DNA of 64,000 nucleotides from an uncultured Actinomycetes bacterium (lineage in GTDB: Bacteria; Actinomycetota; Actinomycetes; S36-B12; UBA10799). The DNA is taken from contig CAZJNU010000004.1 of the NCBI GenBank assembly GCA_964547485.1, positions 1,188-65,187 on the forward strand, given 5' to 3'. The position numbers and the translations under genes were made by a program. Below the pieces are notes generated by a model. It was given only the letters and a program-made list of their open reading frames with translations. It searched no databases and was not told the DNA's origin. Below, piece by piece: positions 1-9,832 of this stretch. Numbering within the stretch: position 1 is the first letter of the stretch; every line of letters begins with the position of its first letter.

Positions 1-70
1 TCGACCATCGCCGGACACACCACACCACCCACAGCACCCGAGCCGCAGCCGCGGACCACTGGAGGAACCA

Positions 71-823
71 ATGCCGATCGCCGACGATGCCGAATCCTTC
101 GCTGCCGCTGGCAGTCGCACCGGTGTCCTGGTCAGTCATGGCTTCACCGGCAGCCCCAAGTCGATGCGCCCTTGGGCCGAGCACCTTGCGGCGGCCGGCT
201 ACACGGTCGAACTGCCCCGACTGCCAGGCCACGGCACGTCCTGGCAGGAGATGAACAAGACCCGTTGGCAGGACTGGTACGCGGAACTCACTCGCGTCCT
301 CGCCGAACTGCAGGAGCGCTGCGACCAGGTATTCGTGATGGGTCTGTCGATGGGTGGGTCCCTCTCGTTGCGGCTGGCCGAGGAATACCCAGACCTGGCC
401 GGTGTCGTGATTGTCAACGCAGCAGTGCACACCGAGCGCCCGGACAGGTTCGTGCTGCCGGTGCTGCGCCACGTCGTGCCGGCTTTCCCCGGGATCACCA
501 ACGACATCAAGAAGCCCGGTGTGGACGAAGGGGGCTATTCGAAGATTCCGCTGCAAGCCGCCTACTCGTTGACCAAACTCTGGGAAGCGGTCAAAGCCGA
601 CATCGCCGATGTACATCAGCCGCTGTTGATCTTCCGAAGCGCAGAGGACCACGTGGTGGAGGCGTCGAACACCGAGTGGATCCTGGACCATGTGTCCAGC
701 GAGGACGTCGTCTTCATCGAACTGGAGAACTCCTACCACGTCGCCACCCTCGACTACGACGCTCCGCTGATCTTCTCCGAGAGCGTTGATTTCATCGAAC
801 GAGTTCTGGCCAGTCGGGCCTAG
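71..823 (+). CDS. alpha/beta-fold hydrolase (carboxylesterase / monoacylglycerol-lipase-like)
   Basis: 250-aa ORF. HGFTGSP loop near the N-terminus, GLSMGG nucleophile elbow (GxSxG) and a C-terminal SYHV histidine. Confidence 0.85.
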   Translation: MPIADDAESFAAAGSRTGVLVSHGFTGSPKSMRPWAEHLAAAGYTVELPRLPGHGTSWQEMNKTRWQDWYAELTRVLAELQERCDQVFVMGLSMGGSLSLRLAEEYPDLAGVVIVNAAVHTERPDRFVLPVLRHVVPAFPGITNDIKKPGVDEGGYSKIPLQAAYSLTKLWEAVKADIADVHQPLLIFRSAEDHVVEASNTEWILDHVSSEDVVFIELENSYHVATLDYDAPLIFSESVDFIERVLASRA

Positions 824-828
824 CAGCC

Positions 829-1500
829 ATGGCGGGACCAATGGACGCCCCGGAGACGCGCCCGGACCTCATCCCGTTGATCGACCTTGACCGGGGCGAG
901 GCCGACCAGTTGCTCGACGCGCTGACCAACGTTGGGCTACAAGCCGTCACCGCCCGAGTCGACACTGGCGGCCCCGATGGCGCACTGACCCGTTCTTTGG
1001 TGCGGGTGTTCGTGCCGCGAAGTGAGCTCTCCGATGCCCGCAGGGTGGTGGCGGGTGTACTACCTCAGATGGGCAACGGCGGCTCGAAGGAGCGTCCGCC
1101 CGAGGCCACGTCGGCGGACTCAGGACGGCTGGACGTGTCCGAGTCCGAGCAGTGGTCCCAGATTGTCGCCGACCTGCGCGCCGATGGAGTATCCAGCGAC
1201 CTGCCCGCCAGCGCGAATACCCCGCCCGCCCGCCGGGACGATTTTCAGCCGGACCCGCAGGACCGCTTCATCCCGCCTGATCCACCGCCGCTGCCACGAA
1301 TGAGCCGGGCCGCGATGGCTGCGTGGGCTGCGATCGTGGGTGGTATCGGCCTGGTCGTGCTGTCGACGATCATGGGTTTGACCGGGATTCTGACGGTGCT
1401 CGGCGTCGCGGGGTTCGTGGGTGGCTTCATCGCGCTGGTGGCACGCGCCGGTGGTGGTCGGAGTGGTCTTGATGACCACGACGACGGTGCGGTCGTCTGA
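829..1500 (+). CDS. hypothetical membrane-anchored protein
   Basis: 223-aa ORF starting 5 nt after the hydrolase. Pro/Asp-rich linker followed by two hydrophobic helices (AAWAAIVGGIGLVVLSTIMGL..VLGVAGFVGGFIALV). No recognisable catalytic motif. Confidence 0.5.
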   Translation: MAGPMDAPETRPDLIPLIDLDRGEADQLLDALTNVGLQAVTARVDTGGPDGALTRSLVRVFVPRSELSDARRVVAGVLPQMGNGGSKERPPEATSADSGRLDVSESEQWSQIVADLRADGVSSDLPASANTPPARRDDFQPDPQDRFIPPDPPPLPRMSRAAMAAWAAIVGGIGLVVLSTIMGLTGILTVLGVAGFVGGFIALVARAGGGRSGLDDHDDGAVV

Positions 1501-1526
1501 TTCGCGGTAGCCTGAATCGCGCCGCG

Positions 1527-3287
1527 TCAGCGGACCAGTCGGACCGGATCGCCGTCCATCTTGGCCGTCCAGGTGGTGGCGTCGTACTGCTCCCGACTAC
1601 TCCAGATCTGAGCCCGAACCCAGCACTTGGACTGGTCGTCGTCGAAAGAGCACCGATAGTCGCGCGGGATCGGGATTCGGAATCTCAGCCAGTGCGAGTC
1701 GGACACGGGTCGAGAGGTGAGAATCGAGCACGGGGCGGCCGCTGCGACGAGCGCCCCGGAGACGTCGCAACGCCCGAAGGGTACGTCGCTGTCCGGACCC
1801 AGCAGTGTCAATCGGATCTGGCCGGCGGCGTCACCGAGGTCGAAGATCCCCACCTCCAACGTCCTGCCGGCCGCCGAGGAGTCCAACCGCACGAGATGGA
1901 ACCGAGATGTGCCGGAGGCGATGTTGATGTAAGCGCCGAGACGCTCCTGCGCCATCACCGCCACCCCACCGGTCTGACCCTCCAGCCAGCCTCGTAGGGC
2001 GTAGCGGTTCTGTCCGGCACCGGCACCGGTGGTCACCGTCACGGTGTAGTCCCCCGGCGTGACTGCGGTGGCCGGGCAGATCTCCGCCCACCGGTGGAAA
2101 GTCCGACGCAACGCCAGACCTGCGACCCCGCCGACACCCGGCCGCAGTCGGGTCGCCAGCGTCGTGGTCAGTCCGTCGAACCCCTGGTAGCTCGTGACCG
2201 GGCACAACGGCGCACCGGTGCTGGGCTCCCAACTGGACACGCCCGGCCGACGGGGGGTGACGGTCGTGGTCATCGCCAGGGCCGCCTTGGAGTCGTCGTC
2301 GTAGGGGTATACCCCTTGGGAATCACCGGCGCAGAAGGGTCCTGGGCCCTGCGCATAGCGGCCGTTGCTGGCGGCACCGGCCGAGTCCACATACTCGTTG
2401 GCCAGTACCCGATTAGCCCCGGCCAACGCACTGACCAGCCCGCCAGCGCGATTGAACACCCCGGTGCAGCTCGATCCGGTCGCGACCCAGCCGAGGTCAT
2501 AGCCCTGCAGCCGAAGGATCCCGGGCCGCGTCACTCGGATGACGTAGGTATAACCACCCGGTCGGTAGTCCAGGTTCAGCCCCGGTGGGCTGGGACCGAA
2601 TCCGTTCTGGCTGCAGCCATCGGGGGTGTTATCCGCCGGCCCCCAGACGCACCGCCGCGCAGTCACCGCATCGCCATGTTCCTTGTTGGAATCGGGTCCC
2701 TGGATTGCTGTCCACAACCGGCCGCCACCCCGACAGCCAGCGCCGCTGACGGCCATCTGCTCCGGTCCGCCACCGGTACCGGGCATATCCTCATTTCCGA
2801 TCACGTTACATGGACTGCCGAGCACCAGCGGCCGCGCGAAATCCGCAATCGCCAACCGTGACACGGTGTGCGTCGGGACTCCGAGCAGCTGTCCGAAACC
2901 ATGCTTGACCGGCACGGATACCCGAACGCTCAGCCTGCTCGGATACCCGGGCACTCGAGCTACGTCGACATCGGCAGGCGGGATGCCGTTGGCGCGAGCC
3001 GCTGCCCGGGCGTCACCATCGGCCCGCGATGGATCAGCTGGCAGGAAGACCACACCGGCCAGCGCTGCCGAATCGGCTGCCCGTTGGGCCTGCTGACCGC
3101 TGAGCTGCAGCCGCGCCAGATCAACTCCGAGCACGGCCGAACCAATCAGAATAGGCAGTGCGGCCAAGGCCACGAGTACCGCGGCCGCCCCACGGTCGGA
3201 TCTGCCGTCGCTGCCGGGGTCCGAATCGCGTCCCAGCGGTCGCCCACCGCCGACACGCGCGCCAATCGGAGCGGTCATGGTCGACAC
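1527..3287 (-). CDS. TadG-like pilus assembly protein
   Basis: 586 aa. The N-terminal segment AAAVLVALAALPILIGSAVLGVDLARL..AQRAADSAALAG matches the TadG/Tad_N type anchor. Its start overlaps the stop of the upstream TadE-like ORF by 13 nt. Confidence 0.65.
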   Translation of the reverse strand: MSTMTAPIGARVGGGRPLGRDSDPGSDGRSDRGAAAVLVALAALPILIGSAVLGVDLARLQLSGQQAQRAADSAALAGVVFLPADPSRADGDARAAARANGIPPADVDVARVPGYPSRLSVRVSVPVKHGFGQLLGVPTHTVSRLAIADFARPLVLGSPCNVIGNEDMPGTGGGPEQMAVSGAGCRGGGRLWTAIQGPDSNKEHGDAVTARRCVWGPADNTPDGCSQNGFGPSPPGLNLDYRPGGYTYVIRVTRPGILRLQGYDLGWVATGSSCTGVFNRAGGLVSALAGANRVLANEYVDSAGAASNGRYAQGPGPFCAGDSQGVYPYDDDSKAALAMTTTVTPRRPGVSSWEPSTGAPLCPVTSYQGFDGLTTTLATRLRPGVGGVAGLALRRTFHRWAEICPATAVTPGDYTVTVTTGAGAGQNRYALRGWLEGQTGGVAVMAQERLGAYINIASGTSRFHLVRLDSSAAGRTLEVGIFDLGDAAGQIRLTLLGPDSDVPFGRCDVSGALVAAAAPCSILTSRPVSDSHWLRFRIPIPRDYRCSFDDDQSKCWVRAQIWSSREQYDATTWTAKMDGDPVRLVR

Positions 3288-3973
3288 CTGCCGCTGGTCT
3301 CAACCATCGGCTCGAACCTCATCACTGCCCGCTGGGATAGCGTCCGTTCACCGATCAGACCTGCGGTCATGGGTGCATGCCGGGCCAAAACCCGAACGCC
3401 GACAGACTGTGCGGTAGTCATGCAGGCATCGATACTGCTCGCCGGCCAGCTGCCACCGTTCGACACGAACCTGCCCTGAGCCGGGTCGAACCGGAACCGC
3501 AGGCAGGCGGTCGTGCAGCCGATCGAGAAGCCGCCATTGCCGTCTGCGCCCGGGTATCCCTCCCGATTGGCCCGGTAGACCCAGACCTCGCTTATCTGGG
3601 TCAGGGCCACTCCGGTCCCCGCGCGAGCCAGCGCTTCCACGGCATCGACAGCGAATGTCTCCTGACGTGGCTCGGCTGAAGCGGTGCGGGCGGCACTGCG
3701 AACCGCCGAGGACAGCCCGATACTGCCCCGCAGCAACATCGCGGTCTCGATCAGCCCGAGCAATACTGCGATCAGCAACGGAAGCACGATTGCTGCTTCC
3801 ACCGCGACCGCGCCGGAGTCTCGGTGGAACTGCGCCCCGCGGCCCCGCCGGTCGGAGCTCGTCGACTCAGGGCGGGCAGTTCGGGGTCGACGACTTCGAC
3901 GGCCGCCGACCCCGAACACCCACCCAATCCCCCCAATTCGGTCACCGTCGACACTGCCGACTTCGTCCCCCAC
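3275..3973 (-). CDS. TadE-like pseudopilin / minor pilin
   Basis: GAVAVEAAIVLPLLIAVLLGLIETAMLL resembles the TadE N-terminal motif (G..VE + hydrophobic helix). The start codon is uncertain and the true start is probably downstream of 3973. Confidence 0.6.
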   Translation of the reverse strand: MGDEVGSVDGDRIGGIGWVFGVGGRRSRRPRTARPESTSSDRRGRGAQFHRDSGAVAVEAAIVLPLLIAVLLGLIETAMLLRGSIGLSSAVRSAARTASAEPRQETFAVDAVEALARAGTGVALTQISEVWVYRANREGYPGADGNGGFSIGCTTACLRFRFDPAQGRFVSNGGSWPASSIDACMTTAQSVGVRVLARHAPMTAGLIGERTLSQRAVMRFEPMVETSGRCRP

Positions 3974-4154
3974 AAGCCGACCCCTTCGACGATGCCACAG
4001 CCCCCCTGGGCGCGCGTCCCCCTCAGACGCTCACCCGCCGTGCGGGCATGACATCAACGATACGTCGATTGCCGGATCCACCTCGGCCACTATCCACAGG
4101 GCCATCCGGCCTCGACCCACCGAGCCATCCGGCCTCGACAAGACCGGCCGACGG

Positions 4155-5957
4155 TCAGGAGTAGAGCTCAGCCACGTCGTCCGCGAATTCGACCATCACC
4201 ACATTGCGCTTGAGCTTGAGGGAGGGCGTCAGTTGGCCCCCTTCCTCGGTCCAGTCCACCGGCAGCACCTGGAATCTCTTGATCGCCTCCGCATGAGAAA
4301 CCGCCTTGTTGGCCCCATCCACCACCGCCGAGATCTCTGCCAGCATCTCAGGGTCGGCCGCCGCCTGCTCCATGCTGAACGGAGTCTGCTTTCCGTGCTG
4401 CCCGGCCCAGGCATCCAGCGATTCCACGTCGAGAGTTATCAGGGCCGCAATGTAGGGCTGCTGATCCCCGACCACCATGCATTGGCTGACCAGCCAATGG
4501 GATCGCATCCGGTCCTCCAGCACCGCAGGTGCGACATTCTTGCCGCCAGCGGTGACGATCAACTCCTTCTTGCGGCCCGTGATTCGCAGATAGCCGTCCG
4601 AGTCCAGTTCGCCGATATCACCCGAATGGAACCAACCATCGGGCTCGATCGCCTCGGCGGTGGCCTGTCCATTGCGCCAGTAGCCCAGGAATATCTGGTG
4701 ACCGGCCAGCATGATTTCCCCGTCCGAGGCGATCCTGACCGACGCACCTGGGATGGGTTTGCCAACTGTGCCGATCTTGACCTTGTCGGGCCGGTTCAAA
4801 GTGGAGGCGCCACTGGTTTCGGTCAGTCCGTAACCCTCCAGGATGGTGATGCCGATGCCCCGGAAGAAGTGGCCCAGCCGCTCTCCCAACGGTGCGCCAC
4901 CGGACACGGCCCATTCGACCTGACCGCCCAAGGCCGCACGCAATTTGCGGTAGACCAACCGGTCGAAGATCACATGCTTGACCCGCAACAGCAAGCTTGG
5001 GCGACCCCGATCGAGCGCCCTGCTGTAGTCGATGGCAACGCCAGCGGCGGTAGCGAAGATCTGACCCTTACCGGCCGCCTCCGCCTTCTGCTGGGATGCG
5101 TTGAAGACCTTTTCGAACACCCGCGGAACGCTCAGCAGGAAGGTCGGCTTGAACGCCGCCAAATCGTCCAGAAGGTTTTTGAGGTCCGCGGAATGGCCCA
5201 ACACGGTCCCGGAATTGATGCAGCCGATCTGGATCAGTCGACCGAATACGTGCGCCAACGGCAGGAACAGCAGGGTGGACGAATGCCCGGTCAGGAAGAT
5301 CTCCGGCATGCTGTTGACGATGTTGCGGATCTCGAACATGAAATTGCCGTGGGTCAGTTCGCAGCCCTTGGGCCTCCCAGTCGTGCCAGAGGTGTAGATC
5401 AGGGTCGCGATCGAATCAGGCGTCAGTGCCTCACGACGGGCCGCGACCTTGCTGTCCGGCAACTGCTTTCCGGCAGCCACCAGGGCGTCGATCGCACCAT
5501 TGTCGAAGACCCACGGCTCCGCCACCCCAGGCAGCCTGCCCTTCACTTCGGCCAGCACGGCCAGATGTCTGTCGCCTTCCAGGAACACCCCGACCGCCTC
5601 GGAGTCCTCCAGAATCCACTCCACCTGCTCGGCCGATGACGTCTCGTAGATCGGCACCGTTACCGCCCCGGCGTACCAGATCGCGTAGTCGGCCAGCGTC
5701 CATTCGTAGCGGGTGGCGGACATCAGACCGACCCGGTCCCCAGCACCGACCCCGGCGGCGATCAGCCCCTTCGCGACGGCGACGACCTGATCGCGAAACT
5801 CCACACCGGTGACCTCTACCCAGTTCTTGCCCGACCGACGGCGCAGCGCGATCCGACTCGGGGATTCGCGGGCAATCCGTTCCACGTCGTCACACAGACT
5901 GCCGCCGGCCGGATAGGGCACCAGGACCGGTTCCCGGAATTCCGCCATCAGATCCAC
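4155..5957 (-). CDS. fadD: long-chain fatty-acid--CoA ligase (AMP-dependent synthetase, FadD15-like)
   Basis: 600 aa. AMP-binding signature IYTSGTTGRPKG, a GYGLTET motif and a length typical of FACS-type ligases. Confidence 0.9.
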   Translation of the reverse strand: MDLMAEFREPVLVPYPAGGSLCDDVERIARESPSRIALRRRSGKNWVEVTGVEFRDQVVAVAKGLIAAGVGAGDRVGLMSATRYEWTLADYAIWYAGAVTVPIYETSSAEQVEWILEDSEAVGVFLEGDRHLAVLAEVKGRLPGVAEPWVFDNGAIDALVAAGKQLPDSKVAARREALTPDSIATLIYTSGTTGRPKGCELTHGNFMFEIRNIVNSMPEIFLTGHSSTLLFLPLAHVFGRLIQIGCINSGTVLGHSADLKNLLDDLAAFKPTFLLSVPRVFEKVFNASQQKAEAAGKGQIFATAAGVAIDYSRALDRGRPSLLLRVKHVIFDRLVYRKLRAALGGQVEWAVSGGAPLGERLGHFFRGIGITILEGYGLTETSGASTLNRPDKVKIGTVGKPIPGASVRIASDGEIMLAGHQIFLGYWRNGQATAEAIEPDGWFHSGDIGELDSDGYLRITGRKKELIVTAGGKNVAPAVLEDRMRSHWLVSQCMVVGDQQPYIAALITLDVESLDAWAGQHGKQTPFSMEQAAADPEMLAEISAVVDGANKAVSHAEAIKRFQVLPVDWTEEGGQLTPSLKLKRNVVMVEFADDVAELYS

Positions 5958-6179
5958 CTCTCCTCAGAGCGACCGCGCCTCGGTCGCTTCGGTTCTACCT
6001 GCGTGAATAGCCGCCTGCTCCGTGGAAGCGACACTCACCCGCGCCGATTGTGCCGCAATCTAGGCCGAACTCCCGACATTCTCAAGGTCCCAGCCACCGG
6101 CGCCTGGTACGGCCACCGCGGAAGGCGCCCGCAGTCACCGGCCACAGCGGCGAACTGACACCCGCGACACTCTGGCAGG

Positions 6180-6623
6180 GTGGTTGCCGTGGCGAGTGTG
6201 GACCTGGTCGACGAGACCTACATAGCAGCCTCGCCGCAGGTACTGGCGACGCTAGTGAACGACCCTGCCAGGTGGCGCGACTGGTGGCCAGACCTCGACC
6301 TTGTCGTGTTCATGGACCGCGGCAGCCAGGGGGTGCGCTGGTCGGTCACCGGCGCCCTTGTCGGCTCTGTCGAAATTTGGCTGGAGCCGGTTGGCCACGG
6401 CACGATTGTGCACTACTACCTGCGCGGCCTACCCACCTCGACCAACCCCACCGCTGGCCAGGATCTGCCCGACACTCCCGCCGGTTGGCGACGGGCCGCA
6501 TCGCTGCGAAAGGCAAGGGCGTTGCACTGGAAGCGAACCATTTGGGCTCTCAAGGATGAGGTCGAGGGAGCCAGAATGGCGGGCTGTCCGCCGCCGCTTC
6601 CCAAGCAGCACGAGAAGGAGTAG
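6180..6623 (+). CDS. SRPBCC (polyketide cyclase/dehydrase-like) family protein
   Basis: 147-aa ORF with a GTG start. The N-terminal pattern (VDETYIAASPQVLATLVNDPARWRDWWP) is typical of START/SRPBCC lipid-binding folds. Confidence 0.65.
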   Translation: MVAVASVDLVDETYIAASPQVLATLVNDPARWRDWWPDLDLVVFMDRGSQGVRWSVTGALVGSVEIWLEPVGHGTIVHYYLRGLPTSTNPTAGQDLPDTPAGWRRAASLRKARALHWKRTIWALKDEVEGARMAGCPPPLPKQHEKE

Positions 6624-6744
6624 AGGGCGCGCGGCTGACCTCCGCGTTGACGCTGGCAGCGGTCCGTGGTTCAGCGCGAGGACGGCCGCGCGAGGCGCTA
6701 GCCTGACGTGCGACAGCACTTCGCCATTCCAAGGAGGGCCCCCG

Positions 6745-7176
6745 ATGGCCGACGCAACCGAATCCAGCATCGTGATCGAGGCTTCGGCCGCCGCGATCAT
6801 GGACGTCATCGCCGACCTGCCGGCCTATCCCGAGTGGAGTGAGGGCGTGAAGTCGATCGAGGTGCTCACGGAATTCGAGGACGGTCGCCCCGCCACGGCG
6901 CGCTTCACCTTCGATGCCGGAGTGATCAAGGACGTCTACGAGTTGCTGTACGACTGGGACGGTGACCGCGAGGTTTCCTGGAAGCTGACTAAGGGCAAGG
7001 TGCTGAAGACGATGGACGGCACCTACAGCCTGGACGAGGTAGACGGACATACCAAGGTCAACTATGTACTTGCTGTGGGACTGAACATCCCGATGCTCGG
7101 AGTGATGAAGCGGCAAGCTGAAAAGGCGATCGTGGACACGGCCCTCAAGGGTCTCAAAAAGCGCGTCGAAGGCTGA
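6745..7176 (+). CDS. SRPBCC family protein (TB16.3-like)
   Basis: ATG at 6745 is preceded by AAGGAGGG. SIVIEASAAAIMDVIADLPAYPEWSEGVKS is a typical SRPBCC N-terminus. The longer 6301 ORF extension overlaps the previous gene and is rejected. Confidence 0.8.
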   Translation: MADATESSIVIEASAAAIMDVIADLPAYPEWSEGVKSIEVLTEFEDGRPATARFTFDAGVIKDVYELLYDWDGDREVSWKLTKGKVLKTMDGTYSLDEVDGHTKVNYVLAVGLNIPMLGVMKRQAEKAIVDTALKGLKKRVEG

Positions 7177-7184
7177 CGGTCGCT

Positions 7185-7829
7185 ATGCCCGGCGCGCCCG
7201 ACAACGACGGTGGACCCTGGTGGAATGCCGGTGATTCGGAGTTCTCTGGGGCCACTCCACTGTTCCCGAACGGTGACTCTGCAGCAGCTGAGGCGGACAC
7301 GGATCCGGCCGGGGGTCACGAGTACCCAGAAGCCGGTAGCGATACCGATGCCACGTCCTCGGACGGCAGCGCCGGCTCCCCGATCATGGAGGCGCTCAAG
7401 TTGGCCTCCGCGCTAGCGGACTGGTCTCAACAGACCGGACTCACCGACACCTTGAAGGCGCTGGCAGCCGAAGCTGCCGAGTCGCTGTCGGCACAGGCGT
7501 CGACACCCGAAGCACCGGACGGCCCCGGGTCAGCGGCAGAACCACAGGCAGCGGACTCGACCGATGTCGGCGACGACACTGAAGGCACCGACCCCGAACT
7601 AAGTCGCATTCTCGGACACCTGTGGGAGGTGCCAACCTCTGACGACGAGTCAGGGTCGGCTGCGAGCAGTTGCGAGTTCTGCCCGCTGTGCCGCGGACTG
7701 GACGTGATGAGGACGGTGCAACCCCAGGTGGCGGTCGGTCTGGCCGAGGCGATGGCGTCGGTCACCGAGGCGCTGAATACCGCAGTGGTCGCCTTCACCG
7801 ACAATCAACGAAACAAGCGGTACCCCTGA
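7185..7829 (+). CDS. hypothetical acidic protein with a CxxCxxC segment
   Basis: 214 aa and Asp/Glu/Ser-rich. It has a conserved-looking C-terminal part (CEFCPLCRGLDVMRTVQP). No family recognised. Confidence 0.5.
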   Translation: MPGAPDNDGGPWWNAGDSEFSGATPLFPNGDSAAAEADTDPAGGHEYPEAGSDTDATSSDGSAGSPIMEALKLASALADWSQQTGLTDTLKALAAEAAESLSAQASTPEAPDGPGSAAEPQAADSTDVGDDTEGTDPELSRILGHLWEVPTSDDESGSAASSCEFCPLCRGLDVMRTVQPQVAVGLAEAMASVTEALNTAVVAFTDNQRNKRYP

Positions 7830-7884
7830 CCGCGGACTCTCGCATCAGGTAGCAGCGGCTCACCGCCGCAGGGAAGAGGTTGAG

Positions 7885-8829
7885 ATGGCACTGACCTTGG
7901 GCGTCGACATCGGCGGCACGAAGATCGCGGCGGGGGTGGTGGATGACGACGGCAAGATCCTCACTCGTACCCGGCGACGCACGCCGAGCCGTGACCTGGA
8001 CGCTGTCGAGAACATCGTCGTGGATGCCATCAACGATCTGGCGAAACGTCACGCGATCGAAGCCGTAGGCGTGGGCGCGGCCGGTTTCGTGGACCGTGGC
8101 CGCTCAAAAGTCCTGCTGGCACCGAACCTTGGCTGGACCGACGCGAACCTCCGGTTGGCGCTCGAGGCGGCCACCGATCTGCCCGTCGTGATCGAGAACG
8201 ATGCCAATGCGGCAGCGTGGGGCGAGCGCGAATACGGCGGCGGCCAGGGCGCCTCCGACATGATCGCGGTCACCGTCGGCACCGGTATCGGCGGTGGCTT
8301 GATCCTCGACGGTGCGCTCTATCGAGGACGGCACGGACTTGCCGCCGAGATCGGCCACATGTCGGTGGAACCAGACGGTCGAAAGTGCGCTTGCGGCCAA
8401 CGCGGTTGCTGGGAGCAGTACGCCAGCGGCAACGCGCTCGTGCGCGAGGCACGCGCATTGGCGGCTGACCGTCGGGCGGAGGCCGAAATCCTGCTGGATC
8501 TCGGCGACGGCACCCCAGAGGGTGTCCAGGGCGCCCATGTGACAGAGGCAGCCAGGGCCGGGGACGCAGTGGCGTTGGAGGCGTTCGCGTTCACCGGCAC
8601 CTGGTTGGGACGTGGAATGGCTACGCTGGCGGCTCTCCTCGACCCCGAGGTGTTCGTCATTGGAGGTGGCGTCAGCGAGGCGGGCGACCTGTTGTTCGTG
8701 CCCGCCCGCCAAGCCTTCCTCGAATTCCTGTCAGGCCGGGAAGCCCGCCCGGTACCGGCTGTGCGATTGGCCAAGCTCGGCAACGACGCCGGAATTGTGG
8801 GGGCGGCGGCACTGGCCCGGGTTCGCTGA
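7885..8829 (+). CDS. glk: ROK-family glucokinase
   Basis: N-terminal LGVDIGGTKIAAGVVD ATP-binding motif and the ROK zinc motif CACGQRGCWEQYASG. Confidence 0.9.
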   Translation: MALTLGVDIGGTKIAAGVVDDDGKILTRTRRRTPSRDLDAVENIVVDAINDLAKRHAIEAVGVGAAGFVDRGRSKVLLAPNLGWTDANLRLALEAATDLPVVIENDANAAAWGEREYGGGQGASDMIAVTVGTGIGGGLILDGALYRGRHGLAAEIGHMSVEPDGRKCACGQRGCWEQYASGNALVREARALAADRRAEAEILLDLGDGTPEGVQGAHVTEAARAGDAVALEAFAFTGTWLGRGMATLAALLDPEVFVIGGGVSEAGDLLFVPARQAFLEFLSGREARPVPAVRLAKLGNDAGIVGAAALARVR

Positions 8830-8974
8830 CCTGGGATCATCCGCCAGCCGCCGGGACCGCCCTGGGCGGTCCTGTGGATAACTATCGTCACGCCCACCCT
8901 GATCCCAACTAGCGTGGTACCACCAGGTCGGCGAGCCTACGTCGTCGGACCTGCCACGACTATCGGGGGCACGT

Positions 8975-9832
8975 ATGACGACACTTATCCGGGGGGCGTT
9001 CGGCCCGCAACCCATGACTTCCAGGTTCGCGCCGGCACCGCCCGGCGGCCCGGGGCTGGTGATCGCGGTGATCTCGCCCAAAGGCGGCACCGGGAAGACA
9101 ACGCTGGCCACCACCCTCGCGGCGCGATTCTCCGCGGCCCAGCCGGATCCACGTGTGCCGACCGTGGCTTTGGCCGACCTCAACCTGTCGTTCGGCGATG
9201 TCGCGCTCGTGCTGGATCTGGCGGTGACGACGGACATCAGCGCCCTGTCCGAAGCGTCCCCGGGCGCTGCCGTTGACCGCGCGTTGCTGCGCCACCCCCG
9301 CGGGGTGCATGTCCTCGCCGCGCCGTGTGACCCGGCGGCCGCCGAGGGGGTCACCTCGGCCGCGTGCGCCATCGCGGTGCGCCATCTGGCGCACACCCAC
9401 ACCACCGTCGTATTGGACACCGCACCGGGGTTGCCGGAGTTGACGCTGCTGGCGATGGAGCTTGCCGATCTCGTCGTGCTCCCAGTCTCCACCGATCCAG
9501 CCGCTCTGAAGTCCACCCGGGCGGCGTTGGAGTGCTTGGCAGAGCTGGGTCTCACCGGTGAGCGACTCAGGGTAGTCGTGAACCGAGTCGGTCCCGGACG
9601 CGGTCCCCGGACGCGAGAGGTCGCGAGCACCCTGGGCGTGCCCGTTTCGGCCGACCTGCCTTACTCGGCTGACCTCTCGCTCGCCGCCGAGCGTCGTCGG
9701 ATTCTCGGCTGGGACTGGCCGGAGCATCCCTACTCGCAGGCCGTCGGTCGGCTGGCTTCGGAGTTGGCCGGGGTGGACGTGCCCGCCCCCAGCGCTGGCG
9801 TGCGCGGCTGGCTCAGGAAGGCTGCATCATGA
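8975..9832 (+). CDS. tadZ: TadZ/CpaE-like ParA/MinD-family ATPase
   Basis: Deviant Walker A ISPKGGTGKTT. The stop overlaps the tadA start (ATGA at 9829-9832). Confidence 0.7.
   Translation: MTTLIRGAFGPQPMTSRFAPAPPGGPGLVIAVISPKGGTGKTTLATTLAARFSAAQPDPRVPTVALADLNLSFGDVALVLDLAVTTDISALSEASPGAAVDRALLRHPRGVHVLAAPCDPAAAEGVTSAACAIAVRHLAHTHTTVVLDTAPGLPELTLLAMELADLVVLPVSTDPAALKSTRAALECLAELGLTGERLRVVVNRVGPGRGPRTREVASTLGVPVSADLPYSADLSLAAERRRILGWDWPEHPYSQAVGRLASELAGVDVPAPSAGVRGWLRKAAS

Noticed and set aside
3684-5639. 651-aa ORF on the + strand
   Set aside because: It is entirely antisense to the well-supported fadD gene. It has Arg/Pro/Gly/His-rich low-complexity composition and no motifs, so it is a typical high-GC shadow ORF.
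6301-6744. Upstream extension of the second SRPBCC ORF (the 291-aa version)
   Set aside because: It overlaps the first SRPBCC gene in another frame and is Arg/Pro-rich. A strong AAGGAGGG Shine-Dalgarno sequence precedes the internal ATG at 6745.
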